A stretch of DNA of 64,000 nucleotides from Octopus sinensis (taxonomy: Eukaryota). A model generated the notes under the pieces. It was not told the DNA's origin and did not search any database. It saw only the letters and a list, made by a program, of their open reading frames with translations. Numbering within the stretch: the first letter of the stretch is position 1; every line of letters starts with the position of its first letter. Positions 1 to 13,612 of the stretch are shown here, one piece after another. Where the stretch lies: contig NC_043004.1 of NCBI RefSeq assembly GCF_006345805.1, positions 55,366,001 to 55,430,000 of the forward strand. The letters run 5' to 3'. A program made the translations under genes and the position numbers.

Positions 1-1500
1 TGGAGTACACGTAGTCTTTGGTCATATTCTCTTGGTGGTTTTACTCGAAGGAGATATTTGCGAAGTGTTGTATTACTCTTGTCCTATGAGCCGCATATAT
101 TTTGTATCTTTTCAGAGAGGCCTTTCATATAGGTAGACAGACTGTAGACAGTTTATTGGCATCATCCTCTCTTTTCTTCATAATTGGAGTGAATAGTATA
201 CTTTTGGAGTTGTTGTTGCTTAACAGATTGTTACTGAGCTTGATCATTTCTTCGTGGTGTGTATCACGATCGCTACTTATATTCTTTGCACGGTGTTTTA
301 GTAACTAAGCAATCCCTCTCTTTACACTGTATGGATGGTGGGAATTGAAGTTGAGGTATCGTCCAGTAAAGTTCGGCTTGCGGTATACAGATGTCCTGAA
401 TCCATACTTGGTGCGTGTTATTAATACGTCCAGGAATGCCAGCTGATTGTCTTTTCCCCTTTCCATTGTGAACTGTATGGAAGGCTTTATTGAGTTCACA
501 TGATCTAACAACACTTGGATATCTTCCTGGTGGGGCCAAAGTATAAAGGTGTCATCAACATATCGTAACCATAGTGTTGGTTTTAGTGGTGTTTATCCTA
601 AAACCAAATTCTCAAAGTATTCCATGTATATATTGGCTATTACCGGTGATAATGGCGAACCCATAGATAAACCCTCCTCTTGCCGATATATATTAGTGTC
701 CATCCTGAAGTAGGTAATTTCTACACAGAAGGTCAACATTTCCATCAAGTTTCTTATTGATATACAAGTGCGTTCTTTTAGATAGCTGTCTGTCACTAGT
801 TTGTCTTGTATCACCGATAGTGCTTCACCAGTTGAACTTTGGTGAACAGGCTTATCACATCTAGACTCACCATCTGGTTGGATTCAATGGGAGTATCCTT
901 GATCAATTCTGTGAAGTGGGTGAGAATTCTTCACGCACGATGTTGACTTACCTGCTAATAGACTGATTATATCCACAAGAAAGCGGCTCAGTGAATGACA
1001 TGCTGAAACTCTACAGCTCACTATAGGTCTTAATGGAATACCATCCTTGTGAATCTTAGGGAGACCGTACATGTGTGGTAGTTTACTGCGGTTTTGAGTC
1101 AGTTGTCTGTACTTCATTGGTGTAAAGTGATCCTTGTTCTTGATCAAGATCTGTGACAACTTCCTCTCTGTTTTCAGAGTTGGGTCTTTCTTTTCTTTAA
1201 TGTAGCTACCCTCACTTATAAGACTTGCCAACTTTTCAGACTTGTTCATCACCACTGTAGCATTTCCCTTGTCTGCTGGAAGTATTATGATGGAATTGTC
1301 ACTCTGTAGTCTTTTGATAGCGAACTTTTCTTCCTTAGTGATGTTCGGTTTAGGAAGTTTTGCTTTTTCTAGTACCTGTCTAACTTTTCCCCTTAGTTCA
1401 TCTCCCTGAGCTTTTGGTATCTTTACGGCTATCTCTTCATTAGGGGCTATTATGTCCATGTATGGAACACGCTTGATGGTTGTGTTAGCCGAAACGATTG
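1..1500 (-). mobile_element. Penelope-like retroelement, frameshifted RT fragment (runs off window start)
   Basis: ORFs 884-1576, 593-814 and 305-514 carry PLE RT motifs YGLPKIHKDGIPLRPIVS, GLSMGSPLSPVIANIYMEYFE, LAFLDVLI and VYRKPNFTGRYLNFNSHHP in different frames. Confidence 0.9.
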
Positions 1501-1610
1501 TTGTGTTAACAACAAACGAGATGAGGGCAAATATCCGTCGAATGTAAATAATGTAAATAATGTAAATAATGTGCACAATTCCTCATCTCTTAAATAGATA
1601 ACTGTTTTAG
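1486..1610 (+). repeat. Partial pseudo-LTR of the Penelope family seen at 6340-6665, inverted relative to the RT
   Basis: agccgaaacg...ttgtgttaacaacaaa...aatgtaaataatg...cacaattcctcatctc matches 6585-6655. Confidence 0.7.
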
Positions 1611-1839
1611 GTAATTGTCTCTTTTTAGTTGTATGGTGAAACTAGCTTGTTGTTGTCATTGATGTATTATAACTGCTTCAGATGATTCCTGTTTTTAAAG
1701 GTGTTTTTTTAAAAAATCCTGACTGTGTTATTTTTTTTAACCCCGCCAAGGAGGTTATGCTTTTGCCGGTGTGGGTTTGGGAAATTGGGCGATTTTCAGC
1801 ATGCGTGTATATGGGTGGAAATGAGCTGTTTGGCGGAGG

Positions 1840-1866
1840 TCTGTGCTCTCCGAGTGCTTTTCTAGT
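1840..1866 (+). mobile_element. Possible Helitron 3' end
   Basis: Hairpin cggag...ctccg followed ~10 nt later by ctag|t; 5' end not identified. Confidence 0.3.
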
Positions 1867-2292
1867 TTATTCTGCAGTCTTCAAAACCATTTGAACGAAA
1901 AAAATATGAATTGTGTAGACTAGGTTAGAACAGTAGAAGAGGAGTATTTTTTATCACAGACAAATGAAGTTTGGAAGAGGTGGGGGGCTTACAAGTTTGG
2001 GTTGATGGAAGTGCATTGTATAAAAAAAGACGAGAGTATATTTTAAATTAAAAAAGAACTTTGTTTATCTTAATTTTGAAAAGTAAAAGTATAAAAAACT
2101 GCATTATTTGTATGATGACCCAGTATATATGTCTATGTATATACATATGTATATGTACATAGATATATGTGTGTGTGTGTGTGTATGCATGTATATATAT
2201 ATATGAATGTCTATATGTATGTATATATATACACATGTGTGTGTATTATGCATGTATGTATATATATATATATTATATATATATATATATAT

Positions 2293-2463
2293 AAAGTTAA
2301 TCCAAACATGAAAACACAAAGAGAAAACACAACAACGCGAGGATGTGGAACAAATATAGATTTATTGGACGCTCAGGAAGGAAGGGAAGAAGGAGGGTTT
2401 TACGTTTCGAGCGGAGCTCTTCGTCAGAAACATAGGAAAAGGAAAGATCCAGAGAAGAGAAGA
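2293..2463 (-). repeat. TA-flanked repeat family A (probable PLE pseudo-LTR); other copies 33201-33375 and 52358-52550
   Basis: agttaatccaaac...gtggaacaa...ggacgctcaggaa...gagctcttcgtc shared by three loci, each beside (TA)n. Confidence 0.8.
2397..2431 (-). ncRNA. Minimal type I hammerhead ribozyme motif (family A)
   Basis: Minus strand reads GTTT CTGACGA A GAGC-TCC-GCTC GAAAC GTA AAAC: stem I GTTT/AAAC, canonical core, stem II GAGC/GCTC, palindromic loopless stem III, GUA cleavage triplet. Confidence 0.75.
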
Positions 2464-2489
2464 CATACATACATACATATATATATACA

Positions 2490-2524
<35 letters not shown>

Positions 2525-2981
2525 CTATACATTCATATATACAGACACACAGTCACTATTCGGTCAGGTCCACAAAAGGTTCATTCGTGAGACTTGACAG
2601 CAAAAAAGAGCGCACGCGCGCACACGCACACGCACACGCACGCACGCACACGCACGCACGCACACACACAGACAGACACACATACAAACACACATATAAT
2701 TCTCTTGTGTAAATGAGGAACATATTTACACAACACTGAAATTATAGTTCTTAAATCTAAGGGAAGAAGTCGGCAGATGAATTGATGTAATCGGTTAGCA
2801 CACTTATCGCGAAAATAAGAGCTGTGGGTTCTATTTCCACGCATGCTAATACTCATTTATTCCGTCGACGGCTTATTTAGCCCAATATTAGCCCAATATT
2901 TATTTTCTATAGCCAATCCACGGTGAATGTTTATAAGCTTAATTTATCATTAACACAGTATATATTTATGTATGTGTGTGT

Positions 2982-3128
2982 TAACACAACCATTAAGCGT
3001 GTTCCATACTTGGACATAACAGTCCATTTTTGAAGAGATTGCCGTAAAGATACCAAAAGCTCAGGGAGATGAACTAAGGTGGAAAGTGAGACAGGTACTA
3101 GAAAAAGCAAAACTTCCTAAACCAAACA
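2982..3128 (+). mobile_element. Short fragment of the same Penelope ORF N-terminus as 884-1576
   Basis: accattaagcgtgttccatac...gaagagattgccgtaaagataccaaaagctcaggga...aaacttcctaaacc is the reverse complement of ~1345-1490. Confidence 0.8.
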
Positions 3129-3129
3129 C

Positions 3130-3182
<53 letters not shown>

Positions 3183-4062
3183 AAGAAATGTTGCTACTTC
3201 GTCTGGAATTACAACACACTTATATCACCAATGAAAAATTCAATGGGAACATAACTCTCTTTGTCCAGTCCTTTAATGATGAATATGTTTAGATCTTTGT
3301 GTATGAAACCAGAAAAATAAAATTTATGTGAGTAGATCCTGAATGAAAAAAGCATTTTATCGATATCAGCATTCGGGCGGAATCTGACATATAGGCTTTC
3401 TAAGAGTGACCTGCAGATAACGACCTACCAGTTATTTTGAATATTAGTTACCATTATATACCTCATAGTATTTTCGAACTTTAAATAGATGTATACATCG
3501 TTGGAACAAAGCAACAATTCTAATGTAGAGACCACTTACCTCACCGAACCCTGGGATGAGCATAGAGGAGGTGACCTAAATATTATCCACTCAATGCACT
3601 CCCTGAACAGGAACCTCGAATAGTAGGACCTTTTAAACTTATCACTTCGACTTGAAACGTGGAACATATTAACACTCCTTGATGAAAAGTATGCGACAAA
3701 GCGAATTCGCAGCTGTGAATAGCTATTACAAGTGTAGGAGTTACAATATAGGTATAGTCAGACTGAGAGAGAGAGAGCAGGATAGTTGATTATACTTTCT
3801 GAAATTGTCTCACAGGAAATGTGCATTAAAAAAATGGCACGACAGTAGAGGAACAGTAACGTTAACGAGTTGCTTTTATTTATTTATCACACAACGAGAT
3901 ACTTCTGCACCACCCGATACTCCTGAACCAGCTGTTGAGATTTCTACAAGAGGAATCGATGCTACATGTGTCGAAACAATTGTGATTAATAATAAATTCT
4001 CGTATATTCAATCTTCCGTCTTTCATTTGTTTTATGTATATATATATATATATATAATATAT

Positions 4063-4125
<63 letters not shown>

Positions 4126-4164
4126 GTATGTATTTATCTATACATATATATGTATATGTATGTA

Positions 4165-4231
<67 letters not shown>

Positions 4232-4239
4232 GTATATGT

Positions 4240-4955
4240 AAAAAAATACAAACTGGGACAAGAACGCAAAACATTTAGAAGACGATACAAAAAACACGGA
4301 CGGGACATTCGAAGCCTTCAATCTTCAGTCAAGAACCGGATCATCCTCGCAATTTCGGCTGATTAATCTTGAGATTGCTCCGACCTGGTCCCAGTTTGTA
4401 TTTTTTTACATATACATATATATATAGCGGCGCCCGTACCCTTTTTGGTCTTATGTGTAAGTACATATTTCTTTAAACTTGGTACGACTCTATAACACTG
4501 TCTCTCTCCCCCCTCTCCTACATTTCTCTGCCTTTCACACTTTGCACTCCACTTTGATCTGTCTCTTTCTCTCTCTCTCTCTCTCCTCTCCTCCTCCTTT
4601 GTTCCTTGTTCCCCTTTTTTCTCTCTTCATCTGTCCCCCCTTTCCTCTCTCTTCTCACACGTGACTAACTGACGGACTGCAGTCCTTTTCGTTGTCAGCA
4701 TCCGTTGCGGCAAGACACATTTATTTCTCTCTTTGCCCCAAGGCATTTTTCTAATGCGCCAGGTCGGAGCAATCTCAAGATTAATCAACCGAAATTGCGA
4801 GGATGATCCGGTTCTTGACTGAAGATTGAAGGCTTCGAATGTCCCGTCCGTGTTTTTTGTATCGTCTTCTAAATGTTTTGCGTTCTTGTCCCAGTTTGTA
4901 TTTTTTTACATATACATATATATGTATAGCGTCGCCCGTACCCTTTTTGGTCTTA
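4240..4955. repeat. Inverted pair of repeat family D (4240-4452 and 4759-4955); related copy 28170-28560
   Basis: ORFs 4124-4366(+) and 4781-5227(-) encode the same spurious peptide [16 protein letters not shown]..., showing the inverted duplication. Confidence 0.8.
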
Positions 4956-5011
4956 TATATATATATATATATATATACATACATACATATATATAGGTGT
5001 GTCTGTCGATA

Positions 5012-5121
<110 letters not shown>

Positions 5122-5144
5122 CATACATATATATATATACATAC

Positions 5145-5224
<80 letters not shown>

Positions 5225-5911
5225 CATACATATATATAGGTGTATCTGTCGATACCTACCTGTTTTTCAACGTCACCATTTCTCACCAAATGCTTTCAAA
5301 AAAACTTTTTTCACGAAGGAAACAAATCGCGGGAACGAGTTGATACTTGTATATGTATATGTATAAATATATATATATATATATATTACCAATGTAGTGT
5401 CGTTTAAAAGAGACTACCAATGTAGTGTCGTTTAAAAGAGGCTTTGTATGTGCGTGTGCCTGTTTATGAGAGAGAGTGAGGGATATATATATATATATAT
5501 ATCGAGAGAGAGAGAGAGAGAGAGAGAAGCGAGGCTTACCACTCCCTTTACATCTCTTAATCTTTCACCATATCTATTTTAAACAAGTATCACTTCGGCC
5601 CCATGATTAGTTTCCTCCAAGAAACACAGGTAGTTACCGACAATTAGACACACACATCCTATATAGATGTTTATGTATACATATATAGTTGAAAAATCCA
5701 TACAAATCAAAAGTTATAGTTGAAAAGTAAAAGTACAAACATGAAAGTATGTTTAAAGATTGCTTCATACTTTATTTACATTATTTACATTTGACGGATA
5801 TTTGTCCTCGTCTTGTTTGATATACTTCCCAGCCTTCTTCAGGTGTCTTGGGTAACTTCGAACCCTGGTTCTCATTCCTAAGGTATTTTTCAATCGTATT
5901 ATTATTGTTAA

Positions 5912-5982
5912 GGATACTGCTTGGATTCGAACTCAGAACCTTGGGGTTAAAAGCCCGCGCTTTTAGCCACTATGCCATATGC
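5912..5982 (-). promoter_or_regulatory. tRNA-like segment with Pol III A/B boxes inside the pseudo-LTR
   Basis: Minus strand gcatatggcaTAGTGGCTAAaagcgcgggCTTTTAAccccaaggttctGAGTTCGAATCCaagcag. Confidence 0.55.
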
Positions 5983-6555
5983 TCTTTTGCAATTATGGAG
6001 TGAATTTTAGGGCTTATAAATCTAATATTTTTCTATCCTTCCTTAATATCATCAACATTTCTATGCATCTGTGATAGGTTATATAAAGGCGAAACATGCC
6101 GCCCCCTCAAAGTAAGGGTAGACGAACATCGCAAAACACGAGAAGGTATTGATAAATCGGGTATAGCTGATCATGTATGGAAATATGGAGATCCCCAGTG
6201 GGATGAAGTTAAAATAATAGACAGAGAACCCCACTGAAAAATACGAAAACTAAAAGAAGCAGCACATATGCTAGGATATAATAACCTCCTAAGCAGACGG
6301 AGTGCAGATATGAGCAGCATATAGAAACCGTTATTAAGGAAGGTTCGAAAGATATTAAATTTATAAGCCCTAAAATTCACTCCATTATTACCCACAGGCA
6401 TATATGACATAGTGGTTAAGATTCAGTGTTTGATTCCAAACAGTGACCGGAACAACAACAACGACAGCAACGACAGCAACGACAACGACAACAACAACAA
6501 TAATAATAATAATAATAACAACAACATCGAAAACCCAGGTTCGAAATTACCCCAA

Positions 6556-6601
6556 GACACCTGAAGAAGGCTGGAGGGTATATCAGCCGAAACGTTGTGT
6601 T
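6556..6601 (+). ncRNA. Minimal type I hammerhead ribozyme motif in Penelope pseudo-LTR
   Basis: GACAC CTGAAGA A GGCTG-gagggtatat-CAGCC GAAAC GTT GTGTT: stem I GACAC/GTGTT, stem II GGCTG/CAGCC, palindromic AACGTT stem III, GUU triplet. Confidence 0.8.
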
Positions 6602-7099
6602 AACAACAAAAAAGATGAATGTAAATAATGTACATAATTCCTCATCTCTCAAATATAGAACTGCTTCATATTTGTTACATAGAATGACTTTTTATGAAAT
6701 ATAAACGGTTTCAATGTGTACGTTCATCTTATCATTTATTAAGAATGGGAATTCAAAAATTAGGGAATAAGAAAAAAAATTTCTCATATTTTGTGCATAG
6801 CCAAGAAAGTGTATGGAAATTCAGCTTAGAATCTCTTCTTATACATGTTATCTATCTAGGCGCCTGAAATGGGGTTCAAGAATTTTATTGCGTAGAAAAG
6901 TTTTCTTCTGAACTGAATTGCAAGTTTCTATTCAGGATATGGTCAGCTGTGTGTACAAGTGCCTGCGTGTTTTGTTTTGTTGTTTTGGTGGGTATGCTGT
7001 TCTGTGGAAGGAAATATTGTTGCGTCAAAACAGTTTTTGTTTCTTTTTTATCCAGAAAATGGTTAGCTGTATGTATATATTGTATTAAAAAGTGGGTGA

Positions 7100-7700
7100 G
7101 TCTGGTACGATTTTACGTATTCGCTTTACTAGGTTAAAGGGAATGTCCAATTTTGTGAGTTGTGGGTCAACAGAAGGCACTGCTTGGAGTCCATGGTTTT
7201 ATAGAGCTTATCCCTTTCTATTTTGTCATCACTGCTGGGGATTGAGATATTTAGAAAGAAAAGTTCCTTAGAGTTAAACTCCATTATGAATTGGAAGTCG
7301 CTGATTAGGTCGATCAGCATATTTTTGAATTCTGTAAGTATATCAAGATTATCCTGTCATAAGATAAAGCAATCGTCCAAGTATCTTTTCCAGTTATTTT
7401 TAAGTTGTGTATGAAATGTATCTCCGAATAGAAGAAGGGAATGGTTGTAAATCTTCAGCTCATGGGAATCCGTTGACTAAATTGGCATATGTGGAGGCTA
7501 CCTTCGTACTCATTGCCGTTCCTCATATTTGCGTGTATGCTGATCAATGGATCAGCATACAGGCAAACGAATTGCTCTGTAGAATGAATTTGATGACAAA
7601 GTCTTTTTTGATGCGTTCGGCAGTTCATCTTGGTGTGTGTCTACTCAGTACTGAATTGCAGTTATTCTTAAGTCATTCTTGTGTAGAATGACAACATCAA
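7100..7700 (-). mobile_element. Decayed Penelope/Neptune-type RT fragment
   Basis: Minus-strand translation contains GTAMSTKVASTYANLV and WKRYLDDCFI, homologous to the 60601-62565 ORF; stops and frameshifts present. Confidence 0.75.
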
Positions 7701-7851
7701 AGAAAGCAGAAAACTGTGTGTTCATGTTAAATTGTTTTCTTTTTCAAAAATATATTATGCTATGGAAAGAAAGATTATTACACACAGACGCACATACATG
7801 CATGATAGATGCAAATATATACATACTCACATACATATGCATGTATATACC

Positions 7852-8219
7852 CTACACTACAGTAGTTGCTCTATCTTTTTGAGTGTTTTTGTCATCTTCA
7901 ATAAGCATTTCTCGTTTTTTCGGCATCGTTAAGCGTAATTTTTCCCAGAATTTGCTAAGTTTGGGACTATCTTGTTCACTGGTCCCTGGCCATTCCAAAT
8001 AGGTGATTGACTTGAGGATGTAAGAAAGGTTTTTGTCCAGTTCTTGTATACTTATGTCACGGAATATAATTGGGATGATCTTTTGACGTTTCTTAAGCAT
8101 TTCCTGGTGAGCAACTTGATATTCCATGCGTGTCCATTCACTGATCACATAATCAGGGGACAGAATTAGGATTGTTCGTCTACTCTTCTCTACAGCATTA
8201 ATTATGTTGTTGCAAATAG
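7852..8219 (-). CDS. EGF-TM-TIR receptor, coding exon 4 (TIR C-terminal part and stop)
   Basis: Acceptor ttttcttgcAG at 8220-8221. Encodes (T)ICNNIINAVEKSRRTILILSPDYVISEWTRMEYQVAHQEMLKKRQKIIPIIF...YLEWP...KFWEKLRLTMP, typical TIR betaC-alphaC through box 3. Confidence 0.92.
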
Positions 8220-8856
8220 CTGCAAGAAAAAAAGGCAAAAATAAGAGTTTTTGTTGTCGCCGTTCTTATTGTTTAGAATCAAGTAAACCCCAATACGGCA
8301 AATCTATTTTATTCTTTTATTCTTTTATTCATTTGATTGCGGCCATGCTGAAGTTCTATCTTAATATGTTTAATAATGGTCCAGCACTGGCCATCCCATA
8401 TTTATTTGCCGCAGATTCTATATGCGTTTTACTCCAACGTTTATTTTAGACGGTACAGTATGATTTGAAGGAACTTTGACTGCTACTTCTACTAGGTGGA
8501 TCGGTCCCACAAATACTGAAGTATTCAGATATGCTAATAAATTAATTGAATTATAATTGAATTATACTCGTTTCGCTGCCGAATATTATGAATTCTGGTC
8601 CACTTTAATAGAATTATGAAATGAGTTCTTTCTGCCAGAAAATGAAGACAGGAAGCAACTAAACGTTTAAAACAACTACTTCTGCTCATGATCAGAGATG
8701 CACATATCGTCAGCCACTAAGGGACATGCTCAACTGGTTAAGGTCAAACAACTGACAAGCAAATCTGTGGTATTGAGCAGAATATTTGCTGTAGCCCATC
8801 TTTTATACCAAGACAAAACAATGTACCTGATTATTATTATTATTATTATTATTATT

Positions 8857-9413
8857 GAGTGAGAAAGCAGTGCATGCCATCAAAGTGACACTGGGGTAAA
8901 ATATACGAAGCCCAATATACCTATCATGACTACCCGTCTGATAAGGGTACACCAGGCACATGCATCACAACCATATGTGCGCGACATGGTGATCTCATAT
9001 CAAGATAAACTGCACATGACCTTGCAGGTGGGGCCCAGTTAGAATTTTCTTCAGGTTGAGTAGCCCATCCCGCTCAAACGGTCCCTGAATAAGGGTTGTT
9101 TAAGGATGTTGAAAAAACCACCCATGCTTCCAGAGGTGAATTATTCAAACCCCAAAGAATCCCTCTCAACACATGGCTATGATGCTCCCCCACTACTTCT
9201 GCTCGTGATCAGAGATGCACATATCGTCAGCCACTAAGGGACATGCTCAACTGGTTAAGGTCAAACAACTGACAAGCAAATCTGTGGTATTGAGCAGAAT
9301 ATTTGCTGTAGCCCATCTTTTATACCAAGACAAAACAACGTACATGATAACACTTCCAATCAGTTAAGATCAGAAGCCATGAGAGCCACTGCCTGGTACT
9401 GCATCAGGATATT
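8857..9413. repeat. ~555-bp (TAA)n-flanked non-coding repeat; partial copy 8675-8828
   Basis: gagtgagaaagcagtgcatgcc...gtactgcatcagg, near-identical to 10894-11451, 11473-11952 and reversed 21470-22025. Confidence 0.9.
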
Positions 9414-9424
9414 TATTATTATTA

Positions 9425-9485
<61 letters not shown>

Positions 9486-9570
9486 GTTATCATTATTATC
9501 ATCATCATCATCATCATTATTATTATTATTATTATTATTATTGTTATTATTATTATTATCATCATCATCA

Positions 9571-9629
<59 letters not shown>

Positions 9630-9632
<3 letters not shown>

Positions 9633-10813
9633 CAGTTTTATTTTCATCCTGTGCTTTCACTGCACTACCGAGCACAAATATGTGTGCCTTTGGTACGTGC
9701 TGTGGTTTGTTGTGGTGCGCTGATTTTTACTGTATTGAATGTATTTAAACGTAGAATGTGTGTGGTGCCTAGTAGTGCTATTTTCTGTGTGTTATATATA
9801 ATTGTACGTTCTGTGTGTTATATATACTTTGTTGTGTATTGATCTGAATGCTTTTTTTATAATACCTAATGCGCCTACTATGATAGGAATTGTTTCTGTT
9901 TTTAGGCTCCACATTCGAGTTACCTCTATTTTCAGATCTTTGTATTTTGAAAGTTTCTCCGTTCCTTTTAGAGAAACATTGTCAACCGTTGGTATTGATA
10001 CACCAATTAGAAAGCATTTTTTTCTTTGTGATCTCCGACAATTATATCCGGCTTATTGGCCATAATTTCTCTATCTGTGTGTATTGGCATATCCCAGTGT
10101 GTGGTTAGTTTCTCCTTTTCTGTGAACTTTTCTGGCGTGTGCCTATATCATCTTTTTTCTGTTGTTATTCCATAGTGTTGGCATAGATTCCAGTATATAT
10201 GTTCCTTCTCAACCAGGATTGGGCAGCCAGAGACAATATGATTTATTGTTTCTGCTCCATCTCCACATATTCTGCAGTTACTTATGTTTCTTTTCATTAT
10301 ATGTTTTTGGTAATTTCTGGTGGGGAGGCTTTTTGGTCTTGTGCTGCAATTAAAAACCCTTCAGTCTCTGCTTTGTGTCCTGAGCCTCTCAGCCATTGCT
10401 GAGATTTTGCTTTTTCTATCTCTTTTACTGTTTAGCTTAACCCAGTATTTTCCATGAAGGGGCTTTTCTTGCCATCGTTTTATCATAATCCGTTGCTATT
10501 CCAGTTTTAGTTTGGATTTCAGTTATTTAGCAGTTTTTATTGTTTCTTTTTTTTCTTCATAGTTGTTAGCTACTATAACTTCTTTTTTGTATTTATCAGC
10601 TTCCTTAAAGACTGAAAACAGATTAATGTTTTGTTCATGTTTTGTGGTCCTTTGTGTTAGTTTTGCTTGTTTTTGAAGTAGGTATTTCTGTAGTCCTATG
10701 GTGATTATTTTGTAATAGATTTCTAGCTGTATAAGGCCTCTACCACCTTCGATACCTTGTAACTATATAGCATTCTAAATCCTGTCATTAGTTTTCTTGT
10801 TTTCCTGTCTAAC

Positions 10814-10815
<2 letters not shown>
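9630..10815 (-). mobile_element. R4/Dong-type non-LTR retrotransposon, decayed 3' part
   Basis: Homologous to 13613-14830 (RLE domain region); 3' end abuts (TAA)n. Confidence 0.85.
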
Positions 10816-10883
<68 letters not shown>

Positions 10884-10893
10884 CATTATTATT

Positions 10894-11952
10894 GAGTGAG
10901 AGAGCAGTTCATGCCATCAAAGTGACACTGGGGTAAAATATAAGAAGCCCAATATACCTATCATGACTACCCGTCTGATAAGGGTACACCAGGCACATGC
11001 ATCACAACCATATGTGCGCGACATGGTGATCTCATATCAAGATAAACAGCACATGACCTTGCAGGTGGGGCCCAGTTAGAATTTTCTTCAGGTTGAGTAG
11101 CCCATCCCGCTCAAACGGTCCCTGAATAAGGGTTGTTTAAGGATGTTGAAAAAACCACCCATGTTTCCAGAGGTGAATTATTCAAACCCCAAAGAATCCC
11201 TCTCAACACATGGCTATGATGCTCCCCCACTACTTCTGCTCGTGATCAGAGATGCACATATCGTCAGCCACTAAGGGACATGCTCAACTGGTTAAGGTCA
11301 AACAACTGACAAGCAAATCTGTGGTATTGAGCAGAATATTTGCTGTAGCCCATCTTTTATACCAAGACAAAACAATGTACATGATAACGCTTCCAATCAG
11401 TCAAGATCAGAAGCCACGAGAGCCACTGCCTGGTACTGCATCAGGGCATTTATTATTATTATTATTATTATTGAGTGAGAGAGCAGTGCATGCCATCAAA
11501 GTGACACTGGGGTAAAATATACGAAGCCCAATATACCCATCATGACTACCCATCTGATAAAGGTACACCAGGCACATGCATCACAACCATATGTGCGCGA
11601 CATGGTGATCTCATATCAAGATAAACAGCACATGACCTTGCAGGTGGGGCCCAGTTAGAATTTTCTTCAGGTTGAGTAGCCCATCCGCTCAAAAGGTCCC
11701 TGAATAAGGGTTGTTTAAGGATGTTGAAAGAACCACCCATGTTTCCAGAGGTGAATTATTCAAACCCCAAAGAATCCCTCTCAACACATGGCTATGATGC
11801 TCCCCCACTACTTCTGCTCGTGATCAGAGATGCACATATCGTCAGCCACTAAGGGACATGCTCAACTGGTTAAGGTCAAACAACTGACAAGCAAATCTGT
11901 GGTATTGAGCAGAATATTTGCTGTAGCCCATCTTTTATACCAAGACAAAACA
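10894..11952. repeat. Two tandem copies of the ~555-bp repeat (10894-11451 full, 11473-11952 truncated)
   Basis: Direct sequence identity; separated by (ATT)7. Confidence 0.9.
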
Positions 11953-12020
<68 letters not shown>

Positions 12021-12039
12021 CATTATTATTATTATTATA

Positions 12040-13602
<1,563 letters not shown>

Positions 13603-13612
13603 TATTATTATT

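Larger units (their letters stand above)
5700..6665 (+). mobile_element. Penelope-like 3' fragment: decayed GIY-YIG endonuclease C-terminus (6060-6360) between inverted pseudo-LTRs
   Basis: Manual translation CDRLYKGETCRPLKVRVDEHRK...SGIADHVW...KIIDREPH*KIRKLKEAAHM. 5980-6035 is the reverse complement of 6345-6400 and 5830-5870 mirrors 6535-6575. Confidence 0.85.

Noticed and set aside
4781-4850. Hammerhead-like words in family D (CTGAAGA at 4819; CTCAAGA...CCGAAATTGC)
   Set aside because: I could not build stems II and III with an NUH site; at best a decayed relic.
5385-5440. Short tandem duplications (27-bp x2 here; gtacttttcatat x3 at 31448-31503)
   Set aside because: Too short and low-copy to imply function; consistent with slippage.
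8857-9413. CTGAAGA and CTGACGA words in the 555-bp repeat
   Set aside because: No properly spaced stem II plus GAAA follows either.
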